Assembly (NCBI GenBank): GCA_023436605.1
Contig: JAEZIQ010000105.1
Span: 191-64,190 of the forward strand
Length of the DNA: 64,000 bases
From: Actinomycetes bacterium
Lineage (GTDB): Bacteria > Actinomycetota > Thermoleophilia > Solirubrobacterales > 70-9
Direction: 5' to 3'
Under the pieces are notes generated by a model that saw nothing but the letters and a program-made list of their open reading frames with translations, made no database searches and was not told where the DNA came from. Position numbers and translations under genes: made by a program. Below, piece after piece: positions 9,376 through 18,436 of this stretch. Each line of letters begins with the position of its first letter. Position 1 is the stretch's first letter.

Positions 9376-10164
9376 ATGAAGAAGTACCTCAAGGCATTCT
9401 CATACGCCAACGTCATGGCCACCGTCGCCGTCTTCCTGACGCTCGGCGGAGCCGCATACGCTGTCTCGCTGGCACCGAAGAACTCGGTCACCGGCCGATC
9501 CATCCGCGACAACGCGGTCACCACGAAGGACGTCAGGAACAGTTCGCTGCAAGGAATCGACGTCCGGGACGACTCCCTCACCGGAGCCGATGTGGACGAA
9601 TCGACCCTCGAAGGCGTCACTCTCAGGGGGCCCGCTGGCGGCGACCTGACGGGGCAGTTCCCGAGCCCGCTTCTCGGGCCGAACACGGTCGCTACCGAAG
9701 AAATTGCGAATGACGGTGTCACGAACACGGACATCGCCGAGGGCGCGGTTACCGGTGTGAAGCTGGGCTTCAGCTCGGTCGACTCATCGAAGATCCAGGA
9801 TGATTCGGTCGGTTCACCGGAGCTCGCCGACGCAGCGGTTGGTTCATCCGAGATTGGCGACGCCGCGGTCGGGGTCTCCGAGCTCGCCAACGACACGGTC
9901 GGTGCAGGCGCTTTCAAGGGCATGAACACATTCGTGTCGGAAGGCGTCACGGTGACCGCTGGCACGCCGAAGAGCACCTCCGTCTCGTGCCCGACCGGCT
10001 GGCAGATCGTCAGCGGTGGATACGCCTGGCTCGACGACGAGGCCAACTCGATCATCGGGAGTTCCCCGAGTGACACCGCCCCGAACAGCACGTGGGACGT
10101 GCGCGGGATGGTCGACGCGGGTAGCAACCGGCTGTTCGCCTGGGCGCTCTGCATCCAGCCGTAA
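9376..10164 (+). CDS. signal-anchored secreted protein with pentapeptide-like repeats and a Cys-containing C-terminal domain
   Basis: An AAGGAG SD lies 7 nt upstream. The N-terminus has a hydrophobic segment (ATVAVFLTLGGAAYAV). There are 10 + 16 units with V/I/L at every fifth residue. The overlapping - ORF 9282..10244 is low-complexity shadow. Confidence 0.7.
   Translation: MKKYLKAFSYANVMATVAVFLTLGGAAYAVSLAPKNSVTGRSIRDNAVTTKDVRNSSLQGIDVRDDSLTGADVDESTLEGVTLRGPAGGDLTGQFPSPLLGPNTVATEEIANDGVTNTDIAEGAVTGVKLGFSSVDSSKIQDDSVGSPELADAAVGSSEIGDAAVGVSELANDTVGAGAFKGMNTFVSEGVTVTAGTPKSTSVSCPTGWQIVSGGYAWLDDEANSIIGSSPSDTAPNSTWDVRGMVDAGSNRLFAWALCIQP
9481..9630 (+). repeat. coding 5-residue repeat block 1 (10 units)
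   Basis: The units are NSVTG RSIRD NAVTT KDVRN SSLQG IDVRD DSLTG ADVDE STLEG VTLRG. The central residue is always V, I or L. Confidence 0.75.
9682..9921 (+). repeat. coding 5-residue repeat block 2 (16 units)
   Basis: The units are NTVAT EEIAN DGVTN TDIAE GAVTG VKLGF SSVDS SKIQD DSVGS PELAD AAVGS SEIGD AAVGV SELAN DTVGA GAFKG. Confidence 0.75.
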
Positions 10165-10264
10165 CCACGGCCGGACGAAGACCAGCTTCGCGGGGGGCCG
10201 GGTGGCTCCCCGCGGCCTGGTCGACAGCCGGCTCTCGCAATCACACAGAAGGACCGGAGAAAAC

Positions 10265-11095
10265 ATGAACACCATCAACCAGACAACAAACGGAATAGAC
10301 AAACTGAAAGCCGCCCATCGTGCGACCTGGGATTCCGGCGACTACGCCGCGGTCGCCCGCGACCTCGTGACCGAGGTGGCCGAGGCCGCAGTGGAAGCCG
10401 CGCGACCGGGGCCCGGGGATGAACTCCTCGACGTCGCAACCGGCTCGGGCAATGCCGCGATCCCGTCTGCGATCGCAGGGGCCCGGGTGACCGGACTGGA
10501 TCTCGCTCCGTCCCTGCTCGAAGCCGCCCAGCGCAAAGCGACCGCCGCGGGGGTAGTCGTCGATTGGGTCGAAGGCGACGCCGAAGCGCTGCCGTTCGCG
10601 GACGCCAGCTTCGACAAGGTGCTTTCGGTGCTTGGGGTGCAGTTCGCTCCCCACCACGAAGCCTCAGCACGGGAGCTGGCCCGGGTGGTTCGGCCCGGCG
10701 GCCAGATCGTTCTCTGCAGCTGGACCCCGCAGGGATACATCGGACAGTTCTTCAAGACAATCGGCCCGTACATGCCAGCGCCTCCCGAGGGAACCTCGCC
10801 GCCGCCGCTCTGGGGCGACGAAGGGCATGTGAAAGGACTGTTCGACGGTCGGGGCGTCGACTTCGATTTCGAGCGGCGCTCGGTGATCTTCCAACAGGAA
10901 TCGCCGGCGAGTTTCGTCGATTACATGGCCGACAACTACGGGCCCCTGCTGAAGGCACGGGAGCGCCTCATCCCGGAAGGCAAATGGCCGGACCTGCGTG
11001 CCGATCTGGTGGCGCTGTCTGAATCGCTCAACCAGACGCCCGACGGCTTCTCGGTCCCGTCCGAGTTCCTGGTCGTGCGAGGTCACCGGCAATGA
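10265..11095 (+). CDS. class I SAM-dependent methyltransferase
   Basis: It has SAM motif I (LLDVATGSGNAA) and a Methyltransf_11-like core (VVDWVEGDAEALPFADASFDKVLSVLGV, VVRPGGQIVL). ATG 10265 has an upstream GGAG. The 5' part of track ORF 10016.. is not coding. Confidence 0.85.
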   Translation: MNTINQTTNGIDKLKAAHRATWDSGDYAAVARDLVTEVAEAAVEAARPGPGDELLDVATGSGNAAIPSAIAGARVTGLDLAPSLLEAAQRKATAAGVVVDWVEGDAEALPFADASFDKVLSVLGVQFAPHHEASARELARVVRPGGQIVLCSWTPQGYIGQFFKTIGPYMPAPPEGTSPPPLWGDEGHVKGLFDGRGVDFDFERRSVIFQQESPASFVDYMADNYGPLLKARERLIPEGKWPDLRADLVALSESLNQTPDGFSVPSEFLVVRGHRQ

Positions 11096-14000
11096 ACCCC
11101 GGGACGGAACCGATTGCCGAGCGCAAACAGGTCTCCGTCCTGTTCTGTGACGTGGTCGACTCACTGACCCTCGCCGGACGACTCGATCCTGAGGTCTGGC
11201 GCGGAATCCTTACGGAGTTCCTGGAGATATTCCGTGAGGAGGTCGAACGACTCGACGGCACCGTCGACAAGTTCACGGGGGACGGGGCAATGGCGATCTT
11301 CGGAGCGCCTGTGGCCCAGGAGGACCACGCGGTGAGAATCTGCCGCGCGGCCCTCCGTCTCCGTGATCGCCTCGACCGTTTCGCCGCCGGGCTGAATGAA
11401 CGCGAGGGAATCACTTTCGCGGTCCGCACCGGGATCAATTCGGGCGAGGTCGTGGTCGGTACGGTCGAGGCATCCGGGGGCGACTACACGGCGATCGGGC
11501 CGGTGGTGGGGATCGCTTCCCGAATGGAACAGATCGCCGCTCCGGGCGGGATCTGCCTGAGTGCCGACACCGCCCGGCTGGTCAACGGCCTCTTCGAAAC
11601 CCGCAAGGAGCAGCCGGTGAAGGTAAAGGGGGTCGCCGATCCGGTCGAGGTCCACAGCCTCGTGGCCGAGACCAGCTCGGGGTCCCGGCGCCGGTCGGTT
11701 TCCGCAGCTCTCGTCTCGCGGACCGGGGAGCTGGCAACCCTGGAACGAGCGCTCGAGGATTCCCGGATCAGGGGTCAGCTGGTCGCGATAGAGGGCGACG
11801 TCGGCATGGGCAAGACCAGACTGTGCGCCGAGTTCGCCGAACTCTGTCGCCGCCGCGGGGTCAGGGTCACCGAGGGGCGGGGATACTCCAGCGGCAGTGA
11901 GGTACCTCTCTGGCCGGTTCGAGAACTGCTCCGTAGCTGGTTCGAACTGGGGGAGAGCGATCCGCCAGCGGCCGTACGGGCCCGGATCCTTTCCAGCCTG
12001 GGCGCGGACTGGGACGAGGTCGACGACGCCGTCGCGGTGCTTCAGGACTTCCTCGGTTCCCCCCGTTCGGCCGGGGATCTCCGGCGCACGATCAACCCGG
12101 AAGAGAGGCAGCGGCTCCTCTTCGCGGCGATCCGCCGCATCCTCACCGGACCGGCAAAGACCGAAGTGGGGGTGCTGATCATCGAGGACCTGCACTGGAT
12201 CGATCCCGGCAGCGAAGCTTTCCTCTCCCGGGTTTTGGAGCTTTTGCCCGAGTCGCGCACGCTCGTGGTCGTCAACTTCAGGACGGGCTACCAGGGCGAT
12301 TGGGCCCGTGACCGGAACTTCAGAAGGCTCATCCTCGAGCCGTTCAGCGAAGACGAGGCCGGCCTCTTCTTTGAGCGACTCGTCGGTTGCGACGAGTCAC
12401 TCCGGGGGCTGCCGTCGCTCATCTGGGAGAAGACCAGGGGCAACCCGCTGTTTGTCGAGGAAGTCATCCAGGCGATGCTCGACGAGGGCGCGCTCGCCGG
12501 AAAACAGGATTCGTACCGGCTGAACAGGCCCGTCGGCCAGATCGAGATTCCGGCCACGGTCCAGGCCGTTCTCGCCGCGCGCATCGACCGCCTGCCCGCC
12601 CCTGAAAAGGAAGTGCTCGGCAGCGCAGCAGTGATCGGCCAACGGTTCGGCCGGCCCGTGCTGGAAGCGATCGCTAAGCAGGATGGCGAAGAGCTGGACC
12701 GGATCCTCGAGTCGCTCGAAGCGGCGGATCTCATCTTCCGCCCGGTTCGTGCCCGGACCCAGGAATTCGAGTTCGAACACGGGCTGGTCCAGGAAGTCGC
12801 GTACACCAGTCAGCTCCGGGAACGCCGCGCGGAACTTCACCAAAGGGTGGCAGATGCGATCGAGGCCCTGGCCGGAGATCGGGGGGACGAATCGGCCGCC
12901 CTGGCCGCCTATCACCGCGAAGGGGCCGGCCAGCACGCGGAAGCCATCGTTGCCCTGGCACGGGCTGCGACCTGGGCCGGGCAACATCACCCGGACGACG
13001 CGATCAGGCATTGGCGACGGATCCGGTGGCTCATCCGCTCGATGGACCGGACCCCGGAGATCGACCAGATCGCAATGCAGGGATGCCTCTGGACCCTCCA
13101 GTTCGGATGGCGGCTCGGACTGGGGGAGGATGTCTCGGCCGAAGGTCTGAGGCTCGCCGATAGCTCCGGCGAGCCTGCCGCGAAGGTCGTGATGCTCGGC
13201 GCGGTCAGCCTCGCCCGGGGCATGCTCGGTGATCTTGACGTCGCCCTCCAGACCAGCCACGAAGGTGTGGCGCTGGCCGAGCGGATCGGCCGGCGCCGAC
13301 AGCTCCAGCCCGCCACACCGACCTGGTACTGGAACGCAGCCGCCGGAAACCTCGAACTGGCCCTCGAAGAGATCGACGAGTTCCTCGCCGAAAACGCCGA
13401 TCGCTACGAGATTGGCCGCAACATGGTCGGGTTCTCCCTGCCGATCTTCCTCACGTATTTCCGCGGCCAGATCCTCTGCGACATGGGGCGGATCACCGGA
13501 GCCGAGCGTTCTTTCCGCCGTGCCCTGCAGCTGGCCGAGGAGCACGACGAACTTGAAAGTCTGGGATGGGCCCATTCCTGTCTCGGTGCGATCGAATGGT
13601 ACGGAGCCGAAATCGGCGAGGAAGCGGTGGAACACGGGCGGCTGGGGGTGGCGACAGGGGAACGTCTCGGCAGTCCATTTTCGACCGTGACTTCCCTGTG
13701 GCTTCTCTCCCTGGCCCATTCGGCCCGTGGCGAGTGGAACGAGGCGATCGAAGCGGCCGAAGCTAGCCGGGATCGCATGAACGGAACCGGCACTGGAACC
13801 CAGTATGCGGGTATGGCACAGGTGGCGCTCGCGGAAGGACGGCTCGGCGCGGGGGACATCTGGGGCGCGCTTCGGGCAGCCCGTGGCGGAGTTGCCGCGG
13901 CAGTCAAGAGAGGAGCGAAGATCTCGGTTGCCCGCTCCCGGGTCACGCTCGGCCGGGTGCTCCTCGCGGCCGGTGACTACACCGAGTCCCGGGGCCAGTT

Positions 14001-14247
14001 GATGATGGCGATCGAACTGGGTTCCGGCGTCGAGCGCGCCACGACCCCTCGCGCCTACGAGGCCCTCGCCGACCTCGCGGCTGTCCAGGGCGACGGGCAG
14101 GAGAGGCTCCGCTGTCTCGAACTGGCCTTTCGGGATTACTCGTCGGGCGGCGCCACCACCCATCGTCGCCGCGTTGAAACGGCCCTCGGGAGGATCGTTC
14201 GGGATCGCCCGCCGGGTCCGAAGGTTCCCACTTACCGATCAACGTGA
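11092..14247 (+). CDS. class III nucleotidyl cyclase domain - AAA/STAND ATPase - TPR protein (no HTH)
   Basis: The N-terminal cyclase blocks are VSVLFCDVVDS, DKFTGDGAMAIFG and YTAIGPVVGIASRME. A Walker A (GDVGMGKTRL) and Walker B (LIIEDLHWID) follow, then a long helical-repeat C-terminus. The start overlaps the methyltransferase stop (ATGA). Confidence 0.85.
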   Translation: MNPGTEPIAERKQVSVLFCDVVDSLTLAGRLDPEVWRGILTEFLEIFREEVERLDGTVDKFTGDGAMAIFGAPVAQEDHAVRICRAALRLRDRLDRFAAGLNEREGITFAVRTGINSGEVVVGTVEASGGDYTAIGPVVGIASRMEQIAAPGGICLSADTARLVNGLFETRKEQPVKVKGVADPVEVHSLVAETSSGSRRRSVSAALVSRTGELATLERALEDSRIRGQLVAIEGDVGMGKTRLCAEFAELCRRRGVRVTEGRGYSSGSEVPLWPVRELLRSWFELGESDPPAAVRARILSSLGADWDEVDDAVAVLQDFLGSPRSAGDLRRTINPEERQRLLFAAIRRILTGPAKTEVGVLIIEDLHWIDPGSEAFLSRVLELLPESRTLVVVNFRTGYQGDWARDRNFRRLILEPFSEDEAGLFFERLVGCDESLRGLPSLIWEKTRGNPLFVEEVIQAMLDEGALAGKQDSYRLNRPVGQIEIPATVQAVLAARIDRLPAPEKEVLGSAAVIGQRFGRPVLEAIAKQDGEELDRILESLEAADLIFRPVRARTQEFEFEHGLVQEVAYTSQLRERRAELHQRVADAIEALAGDRGDESAALAAYHREGAGQHAEAIVALARAATWAGQHHPDDAIRHWRRIRWLIRSMDRTPEIDQIAMQGCLWTLQFGWRLGLGEDVSAEGLRLADSSGEPAAKVVMLGAVSLARGMLGDLDVALQTSHEGVALAERIGRRRQLQPATPTWYWNAAAGNLELALEEIDEFLAENADRYEIGRNMVGFSLPIFLTYFRGQILCDMGRITGAERSFRRALQLAEEHDELESLGWAHSCLGAIEWYGAEIGEEAVEHGRLGVATGERLGSPFSTVTSLWLLSLAHSARGEWNEAIEAAEASRDRMNGTGTGTQYAGMAQVALAEGRLGAGDIWGALRAARGGVAAAVKRGAKISVARSRVTLGRVLLAAGDYTESRGQLMMAIELGSGVERATTPRAYEALADLAAVQGDGQERLRCLELAFRDYSSGGATTHRRRVETALGRIVRDRPPGPKVPTYRST

Positions 14248-14317
14248 GGTAAGCTTCTTTTCGCGGGATGATCGAACCACGATCAGCCAGTCGGGCTGAC
14301 TGACCCAGGGGGACTCA

Positions 14318-15169
14318 ATGAAGGCAGTACGCGGAGTGAGCTTCAAGACTGTGATGTCGTTCGTCGGGACGGTATCGGTGGTACTTGCGTTGAACGGTGT
14401 GCTGATCGGCACGGCCTCGGCGAGTGGCAAAGTCGACCGGGTCGCGGTCGTGAGCCAGTCTGGAAAGAAGGCGCTGGTGAGCGGGTCTCTGCCCAAATGT
14501 CCGACCGGCGCGAGGCGCACTGTCGCGGTTAGCTTGACCCAGTCCGGCAAGACGGCAAAGGGCACCTGGCGGGCCAGGTGCCAGGGCGGCATTCAGGCCT
14601 GGTCGGCGGTTCTCAAGACCAGCGGTGCCCGGATCGCCTCAGGTCCGGCAAGGGTCACGGCGCTGGTCGTCTACCGCTTCGGAAAGCAGCGCACCAGCCG
14701 CAAGATCGTCAGGCGGGTCCGGCTGCGGACCAAGGCGGGCAATCATCCTCCCGGGGATCGACCGATCATGGTCGGCGTGACCTTTCGCCTGCCGGCGGGT
14801 TATGAGGTCTACGTCGAAGGGGGCGGCGCTGGCACGAAGCGAAGCAGTTGTACCCGGGATGAGACGGTTGAACTATTCACCAGCGATGGTGGCGCGAAGC
14901 GGATCCTGTTTCAGTTCATCGCCAAGGACGGCGGCGGCTGCAGCCTCCTAGAGAGCTACAACCAGGTCTGGGTCGCGGTCGACGGTCCCGGGACCAAAGA
15001 CCTGGGCGGGTACTTCTGGCTCGGGCAAAAATCTTCGGGACACCCGTACTTCGCAAGCTGCAAGGTGAGGGTCGAGAACGTGTTCGACAGCTACGACTGG
15101 ATCAACGCCTGGACCGGTCTCCGGTGCACGCAACCTGGTGACTGGGAACTGGATGTCACCCTGCCGTAG
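14318..15169 (+). CDS. secreted Cys-rich protein, unknown function
   Basis: It has a signal peptide (VGTVSVVLALNGVLIGTASASG) and 8 Cys in the mature part. A GGGGGA SD lies upstream and GC3 bias is good. Confidence 0.65.
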   Translation: MKAVRGVSFKTVMSFVGTVSVVLALNGVLIGTASASGKVDRVAVVSQSGKKALVSGSLPKCPTGARRTVAVSLTQSGKTAKGTWRARCQGGIQAWSAVLKTSGARIASGPARVTALVVYRFGKQRTSRKIVRRVRLRTKAGNHPPGDRPIMVGVTFRLPAGYEVYVEGGGAGTKRSSCTRDETVELFTSDGGAKRILFQFIAKDGGGCSLLESYNQVWVAVDGPGTKDLGGYFWLGQKSSGHPYFASCKVRVENVFDSYDWINAWTGLRCTQPGDWELDVTLP

Positions 15170-15297
15170 GCGTCCGCTCGTCTTCATCGGCAGCGTCCCT
15201 GCGGGCCCACCGAGTTTTCTCGGTCCGACGTGTTTGATGGGGTATAACGCGGGTACCCTTAGGCGATCTATACGCCGCTTGAGGATTTGGAGGCAGG

Positions 15298-18200
15298 GTG
15301 TCTCAGCTATCGCGTCGTGGCCAGAGTCTCTGGCTGCTTGCTGTTTCGTTCGGGATCGGACTTGGTTTACTCGCAGGAAACTGCGTCTCGCAGGGGGCCG
15401 TTCCTGACCCGGGTCCGAATACTGCCGTGGTCCGGGTCTTCGTGGGTGGTGACCGGGCGACGCCTACAACAATCGCACCCCTGGCCGGCGCCAGATTCGG
15501 GCTTTTCGATACGGAGCCGGGAAACTACGACCCGTTCGACGGCTACACGAGCGACACTCCGCTCTACACATGTACTTCTGACGCGGACGGCGACTGTGTC
15601 TTCGAGGTTCCGATCCGGAGCGAGGGGCAGGTTTCCCCCGGGACCAAGCTCTGGGTCGCGCCGCTCGAGGGGCCACCCCGCAGCGGCATCCAATGGTTCG
15701 CCAATCCGGTCTGGCAAACCGGGCCGGGGAACGCCTCCCAGACTGATCAGACCCGTCACGTCTTCCAGACTCCGGCGCTTTACGCCAACCAGACCTACCT
15801 CTCGGGCTCGAACGGCTTCATAAGCCAACCTGGGGTCCAGACCAGTCCCCCGAAATCCGTCGGGAACTACACCCGGCGGATCGATTCGGGCGGTGTCTGG
15901 CCGTTGTCCAGGAGGGACCCAGATCTTCCGCCTCAATGCGGCCTTAATGTAGCTCTTGAAGTCGATTTATCCGGTTCCATGAACGGATCGGTGCCGGCCC
16001 TGAAGACGGCGATGGATGCGTTTGTGGCTGCGCTGCGGGGCACTCCCTCCCGAGCGGCACTGCTCACTTTCTCAACCAACACTCCGGCCAACAACGCAGG
16101 GCCCAACACGCAGCTCCAATCGGTCGCCACGACCGCGGACGCCAACGCTTTCAGATCGCTCTACTCGGGTTGGACCAACGCTACGGCCAACGGTTGGACC
16201 AACTGGGACACGGCCCTCGATGCCGCCGCCTCTTCGAACGTAGCGAGCGCCGCCGACGATCAGTTTGACCTCGTCGTCTTCATGACGGACGGCAACCCCA
16301 CGGTCTACTCACCGATCAACGGGTCCATCCCGACCCGAAGCGGCTACACCCGTTTCCGTGAGATCGGAAACGCGGTTGCTTCGGCGAACCGACTGAAAGC
16401 CACGGGTGGGATCATTGACGGCCCGAACCTGGAAGGGGGGACCAGGGTCCTCGCCGTCGGCGTCGGTGCCGGACTGAACGAAGGTTCCGACCGCAACCTG
16501 CGGTCAATCTCCGGCCGCACTGCGTACGACCCCTCGATTCCGATCGCCGATGTCGACTTCTATCGAGTCGATGACTACACCGAAGTGAGCCGGCGGCTGC
16601 GAGAGCTGTTCCTCTCGGCCTGTGCTCCGTCGGTTTCGGTGATCAAGCAGGTCATACCTAACGGCGGCACAATCGCCGACGCGTACACCCCGACCGACCC
16701 GTGGACCTATACCGCCACCCCGATCTCGGCCGGGTTGTCGATCGACCCTCCGTCGGCATCGACCAGCCCGGCCACCGGCGCGCTCAACTTCGATCTCGCG
16801 TTCGACGAGGAAACCTCGCCGGCCACCGTTGAGATCAACGAAACCCAGAAGCCAGGTCACACTCTCGTCCAGGTCGGTGGCAACAACGCCGTTTGCGTCG
16901 ACAAAAGCGAGGATGACAATCCAGTCCCGGTCACCAACCAGGGCGCGAACGGTTTCCGGGTAAGTCTCGGTCTGCAATCTGCGGTCAGTTGCATCGTCTA
17001 CAACGAGGAGCCGGACCTCAGCAACAGTTCGGTTCAAGTTGAAAAGCGGTGGCGAATCAACACGAGCCAGGGCACCGAGGTGTTCGAGAACGGTTCCCAG
17101 CCCTCGTACCTGCAGGCAGATATGACGCTGACTGGGCCCGACTCGGACACTCCGCGGCTCCAGCCTTGGGGCATACCCCGATCCGGATACCAGGCTGGCG
17201 ACATCGCCAGCTTCGACGAGGATGTGACGGTCGACCTGCCCGGTTGCGAGTTCACCGGAGCGACGATTCAGCGGGGCGAAGAGGGGGCGCGGTCTTCCCT
17301 GGACCTGAGCGATCCTCAGTACCAGCTTGAACTCCTGGCCGGAACCAACGAGTTCATCGCTCTCAATGACATTGTCTGCCACAGCAACCTGAGGCTTCTG
17401 AAACAGGTGGAAGGAGGACCGGCAGATCCGCTGGCCTGGACTCTCAGAGCTATCGAACCGACGGGGGCGCTGCCCGGCCCGAACGGGACCAGCGGCATTT
17501 CCTCGGAGGTCACCGACTCGGTCACCTACCAGTTGGCCGAAGCTTCGGATCCCGCAGATCCTTTCCTGTACAACTTCAAGCAGTCCGACTTCCGCAGCCG
17601 GCCGCTGGCCAATCCGTTATCGACCGGGTCCATGACCTGCAACGTCGACGCCGGAAGCGGTGACGCGATGGGTGGTGACGGGGGAGTGGTGGTGCCCCGC
17701 GGCCAGAACGTGACGTGCATCGCGATCAACCGGACCTCCAGAATCGGCATCGTCAAGGTGGTCAAGGGCGGCAACGCGCGTCCTGGCGACTTCCAGTTCA
17801 CCGCCAGGCCGATCGATCCGGATCCGGCAGAGGTACCGGTTCAGCAACTGCAGGGGGCCAGCTCGCCGGGCAGTGTGATCAACGTACGCCCGGAACAGCG
17901 TTACCGCATTTCCGAGTCGTCCAAGCCGGGGCGATACAAGCTGACGAGCCTCAAATGCACGGTCAACGGCGACGCCGTTTCACCTCGAAACATCGTCCTG
18001 CCCGCCAGCGCAGTGGCACGATGTCGCGCGGTCAACTCTTTCTCGTCACAAGCCCGGGTAACGGTGGCCAAGAAGGCGAACCGGAAACGGGTGCGACGCG
18101 GACAAATGATCAAGTACCGGATCGTGGTGCGCTCCGTGGGGCGGGATGCGGCGAGGAACGTCATTGTGTGCGACCGGCTCCCGAGGGGCTTGATCTTCGT

Positions 18201-18429
18201 CAGGGCACCCGGGTCACGATTCAACGACGGGCGGGTTTGCTGGACGATCCAGAGTCTGCCGGCCGGGGCACGCCGGATACTTAACGTGATCATGAGGGTG
18301 CCCCAAGTGGGGCGGACCCACCGGATCAGGAACCGGGTGTGGATCGACGGATCCAACGTGACGCCGAAGGGTGACGTCGCGAACGTAGTGGCGGTGAGCG
18401 TCGCGCCAAGGCCCCCGTTCACCGGATGA
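15298..18429 (+). CDS. large secreted vWA-domain protein with SpaA/Cna-B-like N-terminal module and C-terminal DUF11 repeat
   Basis: A GGAGG SD precedes the GTG start and there is an N-terminal signal/TM. The vWA domain has a MIDAS motif (DLSGS, 15964-15978) and FMTDGNPT. The C-terminus has a DUF11-like block (GQMIKYRIVVRSVGRDAARNVIVCDRLPRGL). There is no LPXTG and no hydrophobic tail. Confidence 0.8.
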   Translation: MSQLSRRGQSLWLLAVSFGIGLGLLAGNCVSQGAVPDPGPNTAVVRVFVGGDRATPTTIAPLAGARFGLFDTEPGNYDPFDGYTSDTPLYTCTSDADGDCVFEVPIRSEGQVSPGTKLWVAPLEGPPRSGIQWFANPVWQTGPGNASQTDQTRHVFQTPALYANQTYLSGSNGFISQPGVQTSPPKSVGNYTRRIDSGGVWPLSRRDPDLPPQCGLNVALEVDLSGSMNGSVPALKTAMDAFVAALRGTPSRAALLTFSTNTPANNAGPNTQLQSVATTADANAFRSLYSGWTNATANGWTNWDTALDAAASSNVASAADDQFDLVVFMTDGNPTVYSPINGSIPTRSGYTRFREIGNAVASANRLKATGGIIDGPNLEGGTRVLAVGVGAGLNEGSDRNLRSISGRTAYDPSIPIADVDFYRVDDYTEVSRRLRELFLSACAPSVSVIKQVIPNGGTIADAYTPTDPWTYTATPISAGLSIDPPSASTSPATGALNFDLAFDEETSPATVEINETQKPGHTLVQVGGNNAVCVDKSEDDNPVPVTNQGANGFRVSLGLQSAVSCIVYNEEPDLSNSSVQVEKRWRINTSQGTEVFENGSQPSYLQADMTLTGPDSDTPRLQPWGIPRSGYQAGDIASFDEDVTVDLPGCEFTGATIQRGEEGARSSLDLSDPQYQLELLAGTNEFIALNDIVCHSNLRLLKQVEGGPADPLAWTLRAIEPTGALPGPNGTSGISSEVTDSVTYQLAEASDPADPFLYNFKQSDFRSRPLANPLSTGSMTCNVDAGSGDAMGGDGGVVVPRGQNVTCIAINRTSRIGIVKVVKGGNARPGDFQFTARPIDPDPAEVPVQQLQGASSPGSVINVRPEQRYRISESSKPGRYKLTSLKCTVNGDAVSPRNIVLPASAVARCRAVNSFSSQARVTVAKKANRKRVRRGQMIKYRIVVRSVGRDAARNVIVCDRLPRGLIFVRAPGSRFNDGRVCWTIQSLPAGARRILNVIMRVPQVGRTHRIRNRVWIDGSNVTPKGDVANVVAVSVAPRPPFTG

Positions 18430-18436
18430 GTTTCCG

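Noticed and set aside
9282-10244. 320-aa minus-strand ORF opposite the pentapeptide-like gene
   Set aside because: The plus-strand frame has an AAGGAG SD, a signal anchor and a perfect 5-residue periodicity. The minus frame is Ser/Pro/Thr-rich low complexity.
12397-14163. 588-aa minus-strand ORF (and 11161..12195 minus, 344 aa)
   Set aside because: Both are antisense to the cyclase-STAND-TPR gene, which has clear Walker motifs. Their products are Arg/Gly/Pro-rich with no motifs.
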